From an uncultured Desulfarculus sp. (GTDB taxonomy: Bacteria; Desulfobacterota; Desulfarculia; Desulfarculales; Desulfarculaceae), in assembly GCA_964561775.1 (NCBI GenBank), contig CAZLSD010000007.1, forward strand, positions 1 through 37,421: a stretch of DNA of 37,421 bases, given 5' to 3'. Both the position numbers and the translations under genes were made by a program. The notes beneath the pieces were generated by a model, which had not been told where the DNA came from, searched no databases, and saw nothing but the letters and a program-made list of their open reading frames with translations. This document shows positions 28,859 to 36,416 of the stretch, one piece after another. Numbering within the stretch: position 1 is the first letter of the stretch; each line of letters starts with the position of its first letter.

Positions 28859-29827
28859 TCAGGCCTGGCCGCCGGCCTGGCGCAGCATTCCCGCCTCCGG
28901 GGCCGGCTCCACATCCCTCGCTTGCTCCTGCGCCGCCCGCGACTGGCGCAACAGGGACTTGCACAGGAAGTGTATGGCCTTCAAGGAGGCGATGGGCGCG
29001 AAGGAATAGACCCAGGCGGCCTTGTCCTGGCATATCACCTCCGGGTCCACGCCCCGGCCCAGCATATCCAGCATCTGTTGGTGGTACTCCATGGCGGCGG
29101 CCAGGGCCTTTTCCAGATAGGCCCCGCCGGCCAGGTCCACCGCTCCGTTATGGCTAAGGAGGCCCAGGCGGGCGGGCAGGCCCACCATGCGCCGCAGGCT
29201 GGCGCAATAATCGTGCAGGGACGAGAAATAGTTGGGCCACATCACCTCCAGCTCCGGGTCGTAGTATCCCGTCATGTCGCCCAGGGCCATGACGCCCTGG
29301 TTGGCCTGATAGTAGGAGACATGGTCCGCGCAGTGCCCTGGCGTGTGCAGGGCCTGCCAGGCCACGCCCTGGCCCAGGTCTATGACCTCGCCGTCCTGGA
29401 CCACCCGATCCACCTTGAAGCCATACTCCGCCAGGGGAGGGGGCATCTCCGCGATAAGGCCGTTGCGCAAGAATATCTGGCTGATCATGCGGTCGGCCGG
29501 CAGGAACTGCTCCAGCAGGCCGCCGCTGGCCAGGCTGGCCGCGGCCCGCGGCCCGGCGATGACCCGCAGGTGGGGCCACAAGAGCCGCAGCCGCGGCAGG
29601 GCTCCTATGTGGTCGGCGTGGGTGTGGGTCAGGGCCAGATAGCGAATGCGCGCGGGGTCCAGGCCAAGGGCTTGGATTTGCCTGGCTATGATGCCGGCGC
29701 TGGCTCCGGTCCCTCCCTCGATCAACATGGCTTGCTTGCCCAGGGACAGATAGACGGGGAATTTGATGGTTCCCAATTGGTAGAGGGAAGAGGCTATCTC
29801 CTTGGGCTCCAGTATCTTGTCCTGCAT
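28859..29827 (-). CDS. MBL-fold metallo-hydrolase
   Basis: Start MQDKILEPK at 29827 (the track's longer start lies inside the terminator); THTHADHIG (HxHxDH), HTPGHC, LGD, LSHNG. Confidence 0.9.
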   Translation of the reverse strand: MQDKILEPKEIASSLYQLGTIKFPVYLSLGKQAMLIEGGTGASAGIIARQIQALGLDPARIRYLALTHTHADHIGALPRLRLLWPHLRVIAGPRAAASLASGGLLEQFLPADRMISQIFLRNGLIAEMPPPLAEYGFKVDRVVQDGEVIDLGQGVAWQALHTPGHCADHVSYYQANQGVMALGDMTGYYDPELEVMWPNYFSSLHDYCASLRRMVGLPARLGLLSHNGAVDLAGGAYLEKALAAAMEYHQQMLDMLGRGVDPEVICQDKAAWVYSFAPIASLKAIHFLCKSLLRQSRAAQEQARDVEPAPEAGMLRQAGGQA

Positions 29828-29877
29828 TTCCCGGCCTTTTTTCTCTTGGGAGGTTGTTCCCCGCCACGGAGCAAGGG

Positions 29878-29916
29878 AATAAAAAAAGGCCGTGGGCATC
29901 TGCTGCCCACGGCCTT
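29878..29916 (-). terminator. Intrinsic terminator (attenuator) in the 5' leader of the MBL gene
   Basis: Minus strand AAGGCCGTGGGCA-GCAGA-TGCCCACGGCC-TTTTTTTATT, ending 50 nt before the start codon. Confidence 0.9.
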
Positions 29917-29939
29917 GGTGAATCTATCTGTGAACCAAG

Positions 29940-30014
29940 CTAGGCCATGGGCATACCTATGAAGCTGCTAAAGTAAAAGTAAAAGTTGGAGCTGATGAAG
30001 CGGTAGGGATTCAT
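29940..30014 (-). CDS. Phe/Tyr-rich leader peptide (24 aa)
   Basis: MNPYRFISSNFYFYFSSFIGMPMA*: 5 Phe + 3 Tyr with an FYFYF run; lies between a promoter and the terminator; its 3' end is complementary to the terminator 5' arm. Confidence 0.82.
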   Translation of the reverse strand: MNPYRFISSNFYFYFSSFIGMPMA

Positions 30015-30076
30015 GGATTGCGCCGCTCTGCTCCCAAGACTGGCCCGGCCAGACAAAGCAAATGGTTCAGCTTTGT

Positions 30077-30105
30077 TTAATAGACCGGCCCGCCGCGTCT
30101 GTCAA
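30077..30105 (-). promoter_or_regulatory. sigma70-type promoter for the leader peptide/MBL gene
   Basis: Minus strand TTGACA (30105-30100), 17-bp spacer, TATTAA (30082-30077). Confidence 0.65.
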
Positions 30106-30153
30106 GCTGTTTCCAGGCGGGGCGGCGCTTTAAACCGGCCGTGGTTTCCTGGC

Positions 30154-30600
30154 CTATTTCTCGTAGAGCCGCTTCCAGGGACTTTGCCGGTCCTCGTGAT
30201 AGCGGCGCAGGGTGTGGCGCAGGGCCATCACGGCCATGACCGCGCAGTGATGGTGATCGCGGGGCAGGCCGCCCAGTTCTTCCTCGATCTGCTCGGCCTG
30301 GATGCCCGCCACCTGGTCCAGGGGGCGGCCCTCCATCAGGCAGGTCAGGGCGCTGCCGCAGGCCACGGTGTGCGCGCAGCCCTGGGGCATGAAGCGCACC
30401 GCGCTGACACGGCCGTCCTCGACCCGCATGTACAGCTCCATGGAGTCCCCGCAGGTGCCGCTGGCCTGGGCCGACACCGCCGGAGGTGGCAGCACGCCCA
30501 GGTTGCAGGGACTCATGGCATGCTGCAAAAAAGCCTCGCCGGCCGGGGTCTCCTGGTGTTCATGGTCATGATGGCGCTGACCGCCTTGGTGCTCTTCCAT
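30154..30600 (-). CDS. NifU/IscU N-terminal-type Fe-S scaffold protein
   Basis: GTCGDSM, GCAHTVACGS, HCAVMA (three scaffold Cys); His-rich N-terminus; ATG at 30600 after GGAAGGG. Confidence 0.88.
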   Translation of the reverse strand: MEEHQGGQRHHDHEHQETPAGEAFLQHAMSPCNLGVLPPPAVSAQASGTCGDSMELYMRVEDGRVSAVRFMPQGCAHTVACGSALTCLMEGRPLDQVAGIQAEQIEEELGGLPRDHHHCAVMAVMALRHTLRRYHEDRQSPWKRLYEK

Positions 30601-30623
30601 GGTTTTCCCTTCCGACAACGGTG

Positions 30624-30660
30624 AAACCGGCGAGCCCCTTTGGCGGCGGCTCGCCGGTTT
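30624..30660 (-). terminator. 13-bp stem-loop after the HdrA-MvhD gene (weak terminator or stabilising hairpin)
   Basis: AAACCGGCGAGCC ... GGCTCGCCGGTTT perfect arms; only a short T run. Confidence 0.55.
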
Positions 30661-30683
30661 ATCCTCAGTTCAACATGCCGCGC

Positions 30684-33110
30684 CTAGCGCAGCGAGTAAT
30701 GGGCCACGCCGTCCTTGTGGGTGCGGGTGATGAGCCCCTCGGAGACCATCTCGCGCAGCTTGCCCACGAGATTGCCCTCGTCCTCCTTGAGGGTCTTGGA
30801 TATCTCGCCCAAGACCATGGGCTGCCGGGTCTTGCGCATGAGCTGGGCCATGCGCACGCCCACGAACTCCTCGCTGATGAGGTCCATGAAGCTCTTGTCG
30901 AAGGACATGGCGTTGCGCTGGTCCCCGGGATAGACCTCTTCCCAGGGGCGGCGCAGGTTGGCGCCCAGCACCCAGCGCACGCGGGCGTTGTTCACGGTGT
31001 CGTACATGCCCTGCAGGCGCTCCATGGTCAGCTCGTCGCGCTCGATGGGCCCCAGTTCGGCCAGGGTGCGCACGAAGCCCTCCACGGCGGCGATGTACTG
31101 CTCGGGCTGGTTCAAGTCGGCGTGGGCCAGGGCGATGCGCCGGCGGTCCAGGCCGCACAGGGTCAGGAGCTTCTTGATGAGGTTGACCCGCGACCAGGTG
31201 TGGTCCAGACCATAGGAGTGGTGGCAGTCCTCGGGCGGGCAGCCGATGAGCAACAGCCCCGGCGCGCCGTCCAGGAAGGCCCGGGCCATGACCATGGGGT
31301 CCAACTGGCCGATGCAGCCCACCCGCAGCAGGTAGGCCCGCGGGTCGTACTTCATGCCCTTCAAGCCGGCGTTGTCCGCCGCGGCCAGACCGCCCCAGGC
31401 GCAGCCGAAGGCCAAGGCCTCCTGGGGAGCCAGACGCTTGGCAAGCTCGGCCACGCGGGCCTCGCGCTGGGCGGTGCTGTTGTTCTGCAGGGTGAGCGCG
31501 TGATAGGGGCAGGCCGCCGCGCAGGTGCCGCCGCCGGTGCAGACCATGGGGTCCACGTGGCGGGGGATGTTGCCGCCGTGGCCCTCGACGGGCTCGATGC
31601 CGCCGCAGTCGCAGATCTCCTTGCACAGACCGCAGCCCACGCACTTGGATTGATCCACCACGCAGACCATGCGCGGGGCGTAGAGATCGCCGGTCTTGGC
31701 CTTGTTGACGATCTCGGCCGTCTTCTGGGCGGCCCGCCGCCCCTGGCGCAGGGCCTCGTGCAGGTCGCAGGGATAGCGCGCGCTGCCGGCCAGGAAGGCC
31801 TCCTCGCGCCCTTGCATCTCCGGACGCACCTTGGCGTGGTGCTGCTCCAGGAACTGCCCCTCCTTGGCCTCGATACCCAGCACGTGGGCCACCTTGGTGG
31901 TCTCCAGGCCCAGGGAGCGGCGCGGCGCCAGGATGAGCTTGTCCCAGGGCAGCTCCATCTCGGTGTAGGTGGCCGGATCGCAATAGGTCAGGTAGCCGGA
32001 CTGCACCGTGGGGCGCAGGGCTCCGTCATAGGGCAGCCAGGCGATGCCCAGCTCGCGCCCCAGCTTGCGTTCGCCGGCCGAGAGCGGAATCGGCATCTGC
32101 TGGTTGTAGAAGATGGTGGCCTTGGTCAGGGGCGAGTGCTCGCGCATGTAGCGGGCCATGGACCAGGCGGTGCGCGACGAGAGATAGGCGAACTCGGGAT
32201 GCCCGGCCTCGTAGTCGTTGATCCAGAAGACCACGCGCCCCTCGGGCACGCCCTTGGTCCACATCAGCTCCTCGGCCTCGGTGTGGCAGATGACGTTCTT
32301 GCCGTCGTGGCCGAAATTGCTGCCCTGGTTGAGCATCTGCCCGTCCAGGCAGGCGATGACCGCCCCCACCTGATAGATGCGGGGCAGGCCGTCGTCGGGG
32401 GAGGTGAAGGTGACGGTGAAGTCGCCGGTGCGTCCGATAAGGCTTCTGAGCTCGCCCACGGTGATGCGGCGCACCAGGGTGCTGGAGTCCACCTCCTTCA
32501 TGATGGCTTCCATGCGGCCGTAGTAGTGGCGCTCGCCGGGGTAGTGCTCGTGCAGCATGCGCAACTCGTCCTGGTACTCATCGGTCTGCACGGCCAGGAT
32601 GCACTCGATGTCCTGGCGGATCAGCTCCTGGGCCGCCGAGTAGGTGGCTATGCCGCCGCCCAGGATCATCACCGGGCCGTTGAACTCCACCTTCTCCTTG
32701 GCCGTGGGGACCAAGGCCTGCAAGCCCGCCACCGAGGAGCAGATGAGCTTCACGGCCTTGTCGGCCATCTGTTCGGGGGAGAGATCGTGGACGGCGGCCA
32801 CGTGGCCGCGCAGGTTGACTATGTCGATCTGGCCCTGGTCCAGGCCGCTGGCGGCCAATTGCTCCTCGAACTTCTTGAGCATGAGCCTGGCCTCGCAGCC
32901 GGCCACCACCAGGCGGTTGAGGCCCTGCTCGGCCACCGCCTTCCTAATGCCCTCCAGACCGGGGGCCAGGCAGGAGTAGGCCTCCCTGCCCACGAAATCC
33001 ACCCCCGGCTCGGCTTGCAGCTTTTCCTGCAACAGGTTCAGGTCCACCAGAGGAGCGATGCGCTGGCCGCAATCGCACAGGAAAACACCAGTTTTGCATT
33101 CGTTGGCCAT
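30684..33110 (-). CDS. HdrA-like / ferredoxin / MvhD (hydrogenase Fe-S delta subunit) fusion with C-terminal winged-helix-like tail
   Basis: 808 aa; GVFLCDCG, VVAGC, ILGGGIA, CVGCGLCKEIC, CTGGGTCAAACP, FGCAWGG...RVGCIG...GCPPEDCHH. Confidence 0.88.
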   Translation of the reverse strand: MANECKTGVFLCDCGQRIAPLVDLNLLQEKLQAEPGVDFVGREAYSCLAPGLEGIRKAVAEQGLNRLVVAGCEARLMLKKFEEQLAASGLDQGQIDIVNLRGHVAAVHDLSPEQMADKAVKLICSSVAGLQALVPTAKEKVEFNGPVMILGGGIATYSAAQELIRQDIECILAVQTDEYQDELRMLHEHYPGERHYYGRMEAIMKEVDSSTLVRRITVGELRSLIGRTGDFTVTFTSPDDGLPRIYQVGAVIACLDGQMLNQGSNFGHDGKNVICHTEAEELMWTKGVPEGRVVFWINDYEAGHPEFAYLSSRTAWSMARYMREHSPLTKATIFYNQQMPIPLSAGERKLGRELGIAWLPYDGALRPTVQSGYLTYCDPATYTEMELPWDKLILAPRRSLGLETTKVAHVLGIEAKEGQFLEQHHAKVRPEMQGREEAFLAGSARYPCDLHEALRQGRRAAQKTAEIVNKAKTGDLYAPRMVCVVDQSKCVGCGLCKEICDCGGIEPVEGHGGNIPRHVDPMVCTGGGTCAAACPYHALTLQNNSTAQREARVAELAKRLAPQEALAFGCAWGGLAAADNAGLKGMKYDPRAYLLRVGCIGQLDPMVMARAFLDGAPGLLLIGCPPEDCHHSYGLDHTWSRVNLIKKLLTLCGLDRRRIALAHADLNQPEQYIAAVEGFVRTLAELGPIERDELTMERLQGMYDTVNNARVRWVLGANLRRPWEEVYPGDQRNAMSFDKSFMDLISEEFVGVRMAQLMRKTRQPMVLGEISKTLKEDEGNLVGKLREMVSEGLITRTHKDGVAHYSLR

Positions 33111-33121
33111 GGGTTACCTCC

Positions 33122-33727
33122 TCACTTGGCCACGGGGGCCATCTTGACCTTGGGCTCGCCGCGCACGGCGTCGAGCCTGGCCCGCATGGCTCCGGTGGGG
33201 CAAACCGACACGCAGGAACCGCAGGCCACGCAGGCCTCGGACGGCGCCATGTAGGGGGCCCCGATCTTTTTGTGCACGCCGCGTCCCACCGTGGAGATGG
33301 CGTTGACGCCCACCACTTCCTTGCAAACCCTGACGCACAGACCGCAGAGGATGCACTGCTCGTCGGGATGATGGGCGGCGAAGCGGGTGGCCTTGACCCC
33401 GTACTGGGCGGCCAGTTCCTGGATTTCCTTGCTGCCCGGACACTCGGCCAGAAGCATCTCCAATATCCAGCGGCGCACGTTCTTGACCCGCTCGCTCTCG
33501 GTCAGTATCTCGATGCCCTCGGCCACGGGATACATGCAGGAGATGACAATCTTGGACCAGCTGCCCTGGACCAACTCCACCACGCACAGCCGGCAGGCTC
33601 CGGAAGCCTCCACGGCCTCGTGATAGCAGAGGGTGGGGATCTGGATGCCGTAATGGCGGGCGGTCTCCAGCACGGTCCAGCCGGGTTGGGCCTGCACGGT
33701 CTCGCCGTTCATTTTGAAACTAATCAT
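33122..33727 (-). CDS. 2Fe-2S + 2x4Fe-4S protein (NuoG/HydA N-terminal-like, BamI-like)
   Basis: Start MISFKMNG at 33727 (RBS GGAGG); IPTLCYH...GACRLCVVE...SC, CILCGLCVRVC, CVACGSCVSVCPTGA; no catalytic domain. Confidence 0.9.
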   Translation of the reverse strand: MISFKMNGETVQAQPGWTVLETARHYGIQIPTLCYHEAVEASGACRLCVVELVQGSWSKIVISCMYPVAEGIEILTESERVKNVRRWILEMLLAECPGSKEIQELAAQYGVKATRFAAHHPDEQCILCGLCVRVCKEVVGVNAISTVGRGVHKKIGAPYMAPSEACVACGSCVSVCPTGAMRARLDAVRGEPKVKMAPVAK

Positions 33728-33744
33728 GGCACTTCCTCCCGGTC

Positions 33745-35646
33745 TCACTGGACCTGGACCGCGTCGAACTTGCAGGACTCCATGCAGATGCCGCAGCGGA
33801 TGCACTTGGCGGGATCGATGGCGTGCGGCTTCTTCTTTTCTCCGCTGATGCACTGCTGCGGGCAAGCCCGCGCGCAGGCCATGCAACCCGTGCACTTGTC
33901 CTGGTCGATGCTGTAGGTGATGAGATCCTTGCACACTCCGGCCGGGCAACGGTGCTCGACGATGTGGGCCAGATACTCGTCCCTGAAGTAGCGCATGGTG
34001 GTGAGCACCGGGTTGGGGGCGCTGCCGCCCAGGGCGCAGAGCGAGCCGTCCTGGATGGCCTGGGCCAGGCTGGTCAGCTCGTCCAAGTCAGCTTCACAGC
34101 CCAGGCCCTTGCTGAAGCCGTCCAGCATCTCGCGCATGCGCTGGATGCCCAGGCGGCAGGGGATGCACTTGCCGCAGGACTCCTCTTCCAGGAAGCGCAG
34201 GAAGTAGCGGGCGATGTCCACCACGCAGTCGCGGCGGTCCATGACGATCATGCCGCCGGAACCCATCATGGAGCCGGCCTTGGTCAGGGAGTCGTAGTCG
34301 ACGGCCACGTCCTTGAGGGTGTAGGGCAGACAGCCGCCCGAGGGGCCGCCGGTCTGCACCGCCTTGAAGGGCTCGCCGCCGGGCACGCCGCCGCCGATCT
34401 TCTCGATGATGTCCACCAGGGGGGTGCCCATGGGCACTTCCACCAGGCCCACGTTGTTGACCTTGCCCACCAGGGAGAAGACCTTGGTGCCGGTGGAGCT
34501 GGGCACGCCCATGCCGGCGTACCAGGCCCCGCCCTTTTCGATGATCTGGGGGATGCTGGCCCAGGTCTCCACGTTGTTGAGCACGGTGGGGCGGCCCCAG
34601 AGGCCTTCTTCCACCGAGCGCACGTACTTGGGCTTGGGTTCGCCGGCCCGGCCCTCGATGGAGGTGAACAGGGCGGTGGACTCGCCGCAGACAAAGGCGC
34701 CGGCGCCACGGTTTATCTGCACGTCGAAGTTGAAACCCGAGCCCAGGATGTTCTCGCCCAGAAGCCCCAGGGCGCGCGCCTGGGCCATGGCGCTGGTCAG
34801 GTGCCTGATGGCCACGGGATATTCGGCGCGCACGTACATGAAGCCCTGCTGGGCGCCCAGGGCGTAGGCCCCCAGGATGAGGCCTTCCAGCACGGCGTGG
34901 GGATCGCCTTCCATGAGCATGCAGTCCATGAAGGCGCCGGGGTCGCCCTCGTCGCCGTTGACCACCACGTATACCGGGTAGCCCTTCTTCTTGATGGCGG
35001 CCAGGGCGCTCTTCCACTTGCGCCCGGTGGGGAAGCCCGCGCCGCCGCGGCCGCGGATGCCGGACTTGTCCACCTCGGCCACCACCTGCTCGGGGGACAT
35101 GGTGAAGATGGCCTTGGCCAGGGCGGAATAGGCTCCGGCGGCGATGGAGTCCATGATGTCGGTGGGATCCACGTTGCCGATGCGCCCCAGGACCTGGCGC
35201 TGCTGTAGCTTGTAGAAGGGGATGTCGTCCTCGCGGGGGATGGACTCGCCGGTCTGGGGGTCCTGGTAAAGCAAGCGCTCGACCAGTTGACCCTCCACCA
35301 GGGTGGTCTGCACGATATCCGCCGCGTCCTCGGGGGTCACGCGCTGATAGAAGACGCCCTTGGGCTGCACCACCACCAGAGGTCCGCGCGAACAGAAGCC
35401 GCGGCAGCCGGTGGCCTTGATCAGCGGCCGCACCTTGACGTCCAGCTCGGCTTCGGCCACGGCCTTCTTCAGCGCGGTCTCGACCTTGGCCGCGCCGCTG
35501 GCCAGACAGCCGGTGCCGTAGCACACGATGATCTCGGCCTGGTTGGGGTCGCGCCTGTCCAGGATTTCTTGGCGCAGGCTGGCCAAGTCTTCCAACGACG
35601 CCAAACGGGCCGCAGGGGTCGACATGTTCGTTTTGGCTGTTTCCAT
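33745..35646 (-). CDS. NuoF/HydB-like FMN/NAD(P)H-binding subunit
   Basis: N-terminal CYGTGC...CRGFC, GRGGAGFPTG, NGDEGDPGAFMD, GGPSGG, ESCGKCIPCR, SLCALG, two C-terminal 4Fe-4S motifs. Confidence 0.93.
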   Translation of the reverse strand: METAKTNMSTPAARLASLEDLASLRQEILDRRDPNQAEIIVCYGTGCLASGAAKVETALKKAVAEAELDVKVRPLIKATGCRGFCSRGPLVVVQPKGVFYQRVTPEDAADIVQTTLVEGQLVERLLYQDPQTGESIPREDDIPFYKLQQRQVLGRIGNVDPTDIMDSIAAGAYSALAKAIFTMSPEQVVAEVDKSGIRGRGGAGFPTGRKWKSALAAIKKKGYPVYVVVNGDEGDPGAFMDCMLMEGDPHAVLEGLILGAYALGAQQGFMYVRAEYPVAIRHLTSAMAQARALGLLGENILGSGFNFDVQINRGAGAFVCGESTALFTSIEGRAGEPKPKYVRSVEEGLWGRPTVLNNVETWASIPQIIEKGGAWYAGMGVPSSTGTKVFSLVGKVNNVGLVEVPMGTPLVDIIEKIGGGVPGGEPFKAVQTGGPSGGCLPYTLKDVAVDYDSLTKAGSMMGSGGMIVMDRRDCVVDIARYFLRFLEEESCGKCIPCRLGIQRMREMLDGFSKGLGCEADLDELTSLAQAIQDGSLCALGGSAPNPVLTTMRYFRDEYLAHIVEHRCPAGVCKDLITYSIDQDKCTGCMACARACPQQCISGEKKKPHAIDPAKCIRCGICMESCKFDAVQVQ

Positions 35647-35671
35647 GTTACCTTCCTTGTATGCGCGGACC

Positions 35672-36136
35672 CTATTCGGCCGCTAGCCCCTTCAAGGTTT
35701 TCTCCACCTTCTTGGAGGTGGCCCGGGCCAGATACTCGTCGTCCACCACCACCACCGGGCTCAAGGCGCAACAGCCCAGGCAGTTGACCGTCTCCAGGGT
35801 GAATTGAAGGTCCTTGGTGGTCTGGCCGGCCTGGATGCCCAGCTTGCGCTCCAGGTCCTCCACCAGGCGGGGCGAGCCCTTCAAGTGGCAGGCCGTGCCC
35901 TGGCAGACCTTGATCTCGTGCTCGCCCTTGGGCTCCAGGCTGAAGGACTGGTAGAAGGTGGCCACGGCGTAGGCCTGGCTGAGCGGCACGCCCGTATGGT
36001 CGCATACCAACTGCAGGGCTTCGTGGGAGACGTAGTTGAAAGCTGCCTGAATGTCTTGGAGCAAGAAAATCAGGTAATCGGGCCGTCCGGGATACTGCTC
36101 GATTATGTCGTCCAAATCGATGTTGGCGGGTTTCAT
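35672..36136 (-). CDS. NuoE/HydC-like 2Fe-2S subunit
   Basis: Start MKPANIDL at 36136 (RBS GGAGGAGG); VATFY, VCQGTACHLKG, NCLGCCALSPV. Confidence 0.93.
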   Translation of the reverse strand: MKPANIDLDDIIEQYPGRPDYLIFLLQDIQAAFNYVSHEALQLVCDHTGVPLSQAYAVATFYQSFSLEPKGEHEIKVCQGTACHLKGSPRLVEDLERKLGIQAGQTTKDLQFTLETVNCLGCCALSPVVVVDDEYLARATSKKVEKTLKGLAAE

Positions 36137-36206
36137 GCTTCCCTCCTCCGCTTTTGGGCTTGGCTCTGGCGGCCTAAGGGCGCGCGCCGTTTCGCGCCAA
36201 TCCCAC

Positions 36207-36222
36207 TGCAAAACGAGGGCCA
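36207..36222 (-). promoter_or_regulatory. sigma54 (-24/-12) promoter of the redox operon
   Basis: Minus strand TGGCCCTCGTTTTGCA (GG-N10-GC), preceded by an AT-rich tract and adjacent to a sigma54 activator gene. Confidence 0.78.
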
Positions 36223-36283
36223 ATAAAATAAGTAACTAAATATACATCACTATTTATTAATAACTTGCTTCGCCTCCCCTGTA

Positions 36284-36416
36284 TGTTTCATGCCAGCCCA
36301 TCAGATGAAACAGCGGCCGCCGGTTTTCACAAGAGAATTATCCTTGATTTTCCGCCGCTTGGAACCAAACTATTTCTCTTGAAACGTTTGAAACGTAATT
36401 GAAACATTTTGAAACA
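36284..36416. promoter_or_regulatory. Candidate activator binding sites (TGAAACR repeats)
   Basis: Inverted pair TGTTTCAT (36284-36291) / ATGAAACA (36305-36312), and four direct TTGAAACR copies starting at 36379, 36388, 36399 and 36409. Confidence 0.65.

Noticed and set aside
30684-31420. Possible selenocysteine in the MvhD domain
   Set aside because: No in-frame TGA; the ORF reads through with Cys/Gly and ends in TAG.
30486-33254. 922-aa plus-strand ORF, and similar long plus-strand ORFs (20687-22438, 24275-25687, 25817-27400, 33823-35208)
   Set aside because: Antisense to well-supported genes with no motifs; expected in high-GC DNA.
33122-36136. Respiratory complex I or [FeFe]-hydrogenase call
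   Set aside because: No membrane nuo subunits and no H-cluster motifs in the window.
36379-36416. Tandem TTGAAAC repeats resembling CRISPR repeat ends
   Set aside because: Units are 8 bp with 1-3 bp gaps, so there are no spacers; no cas operon is present and a UAS explains them better.
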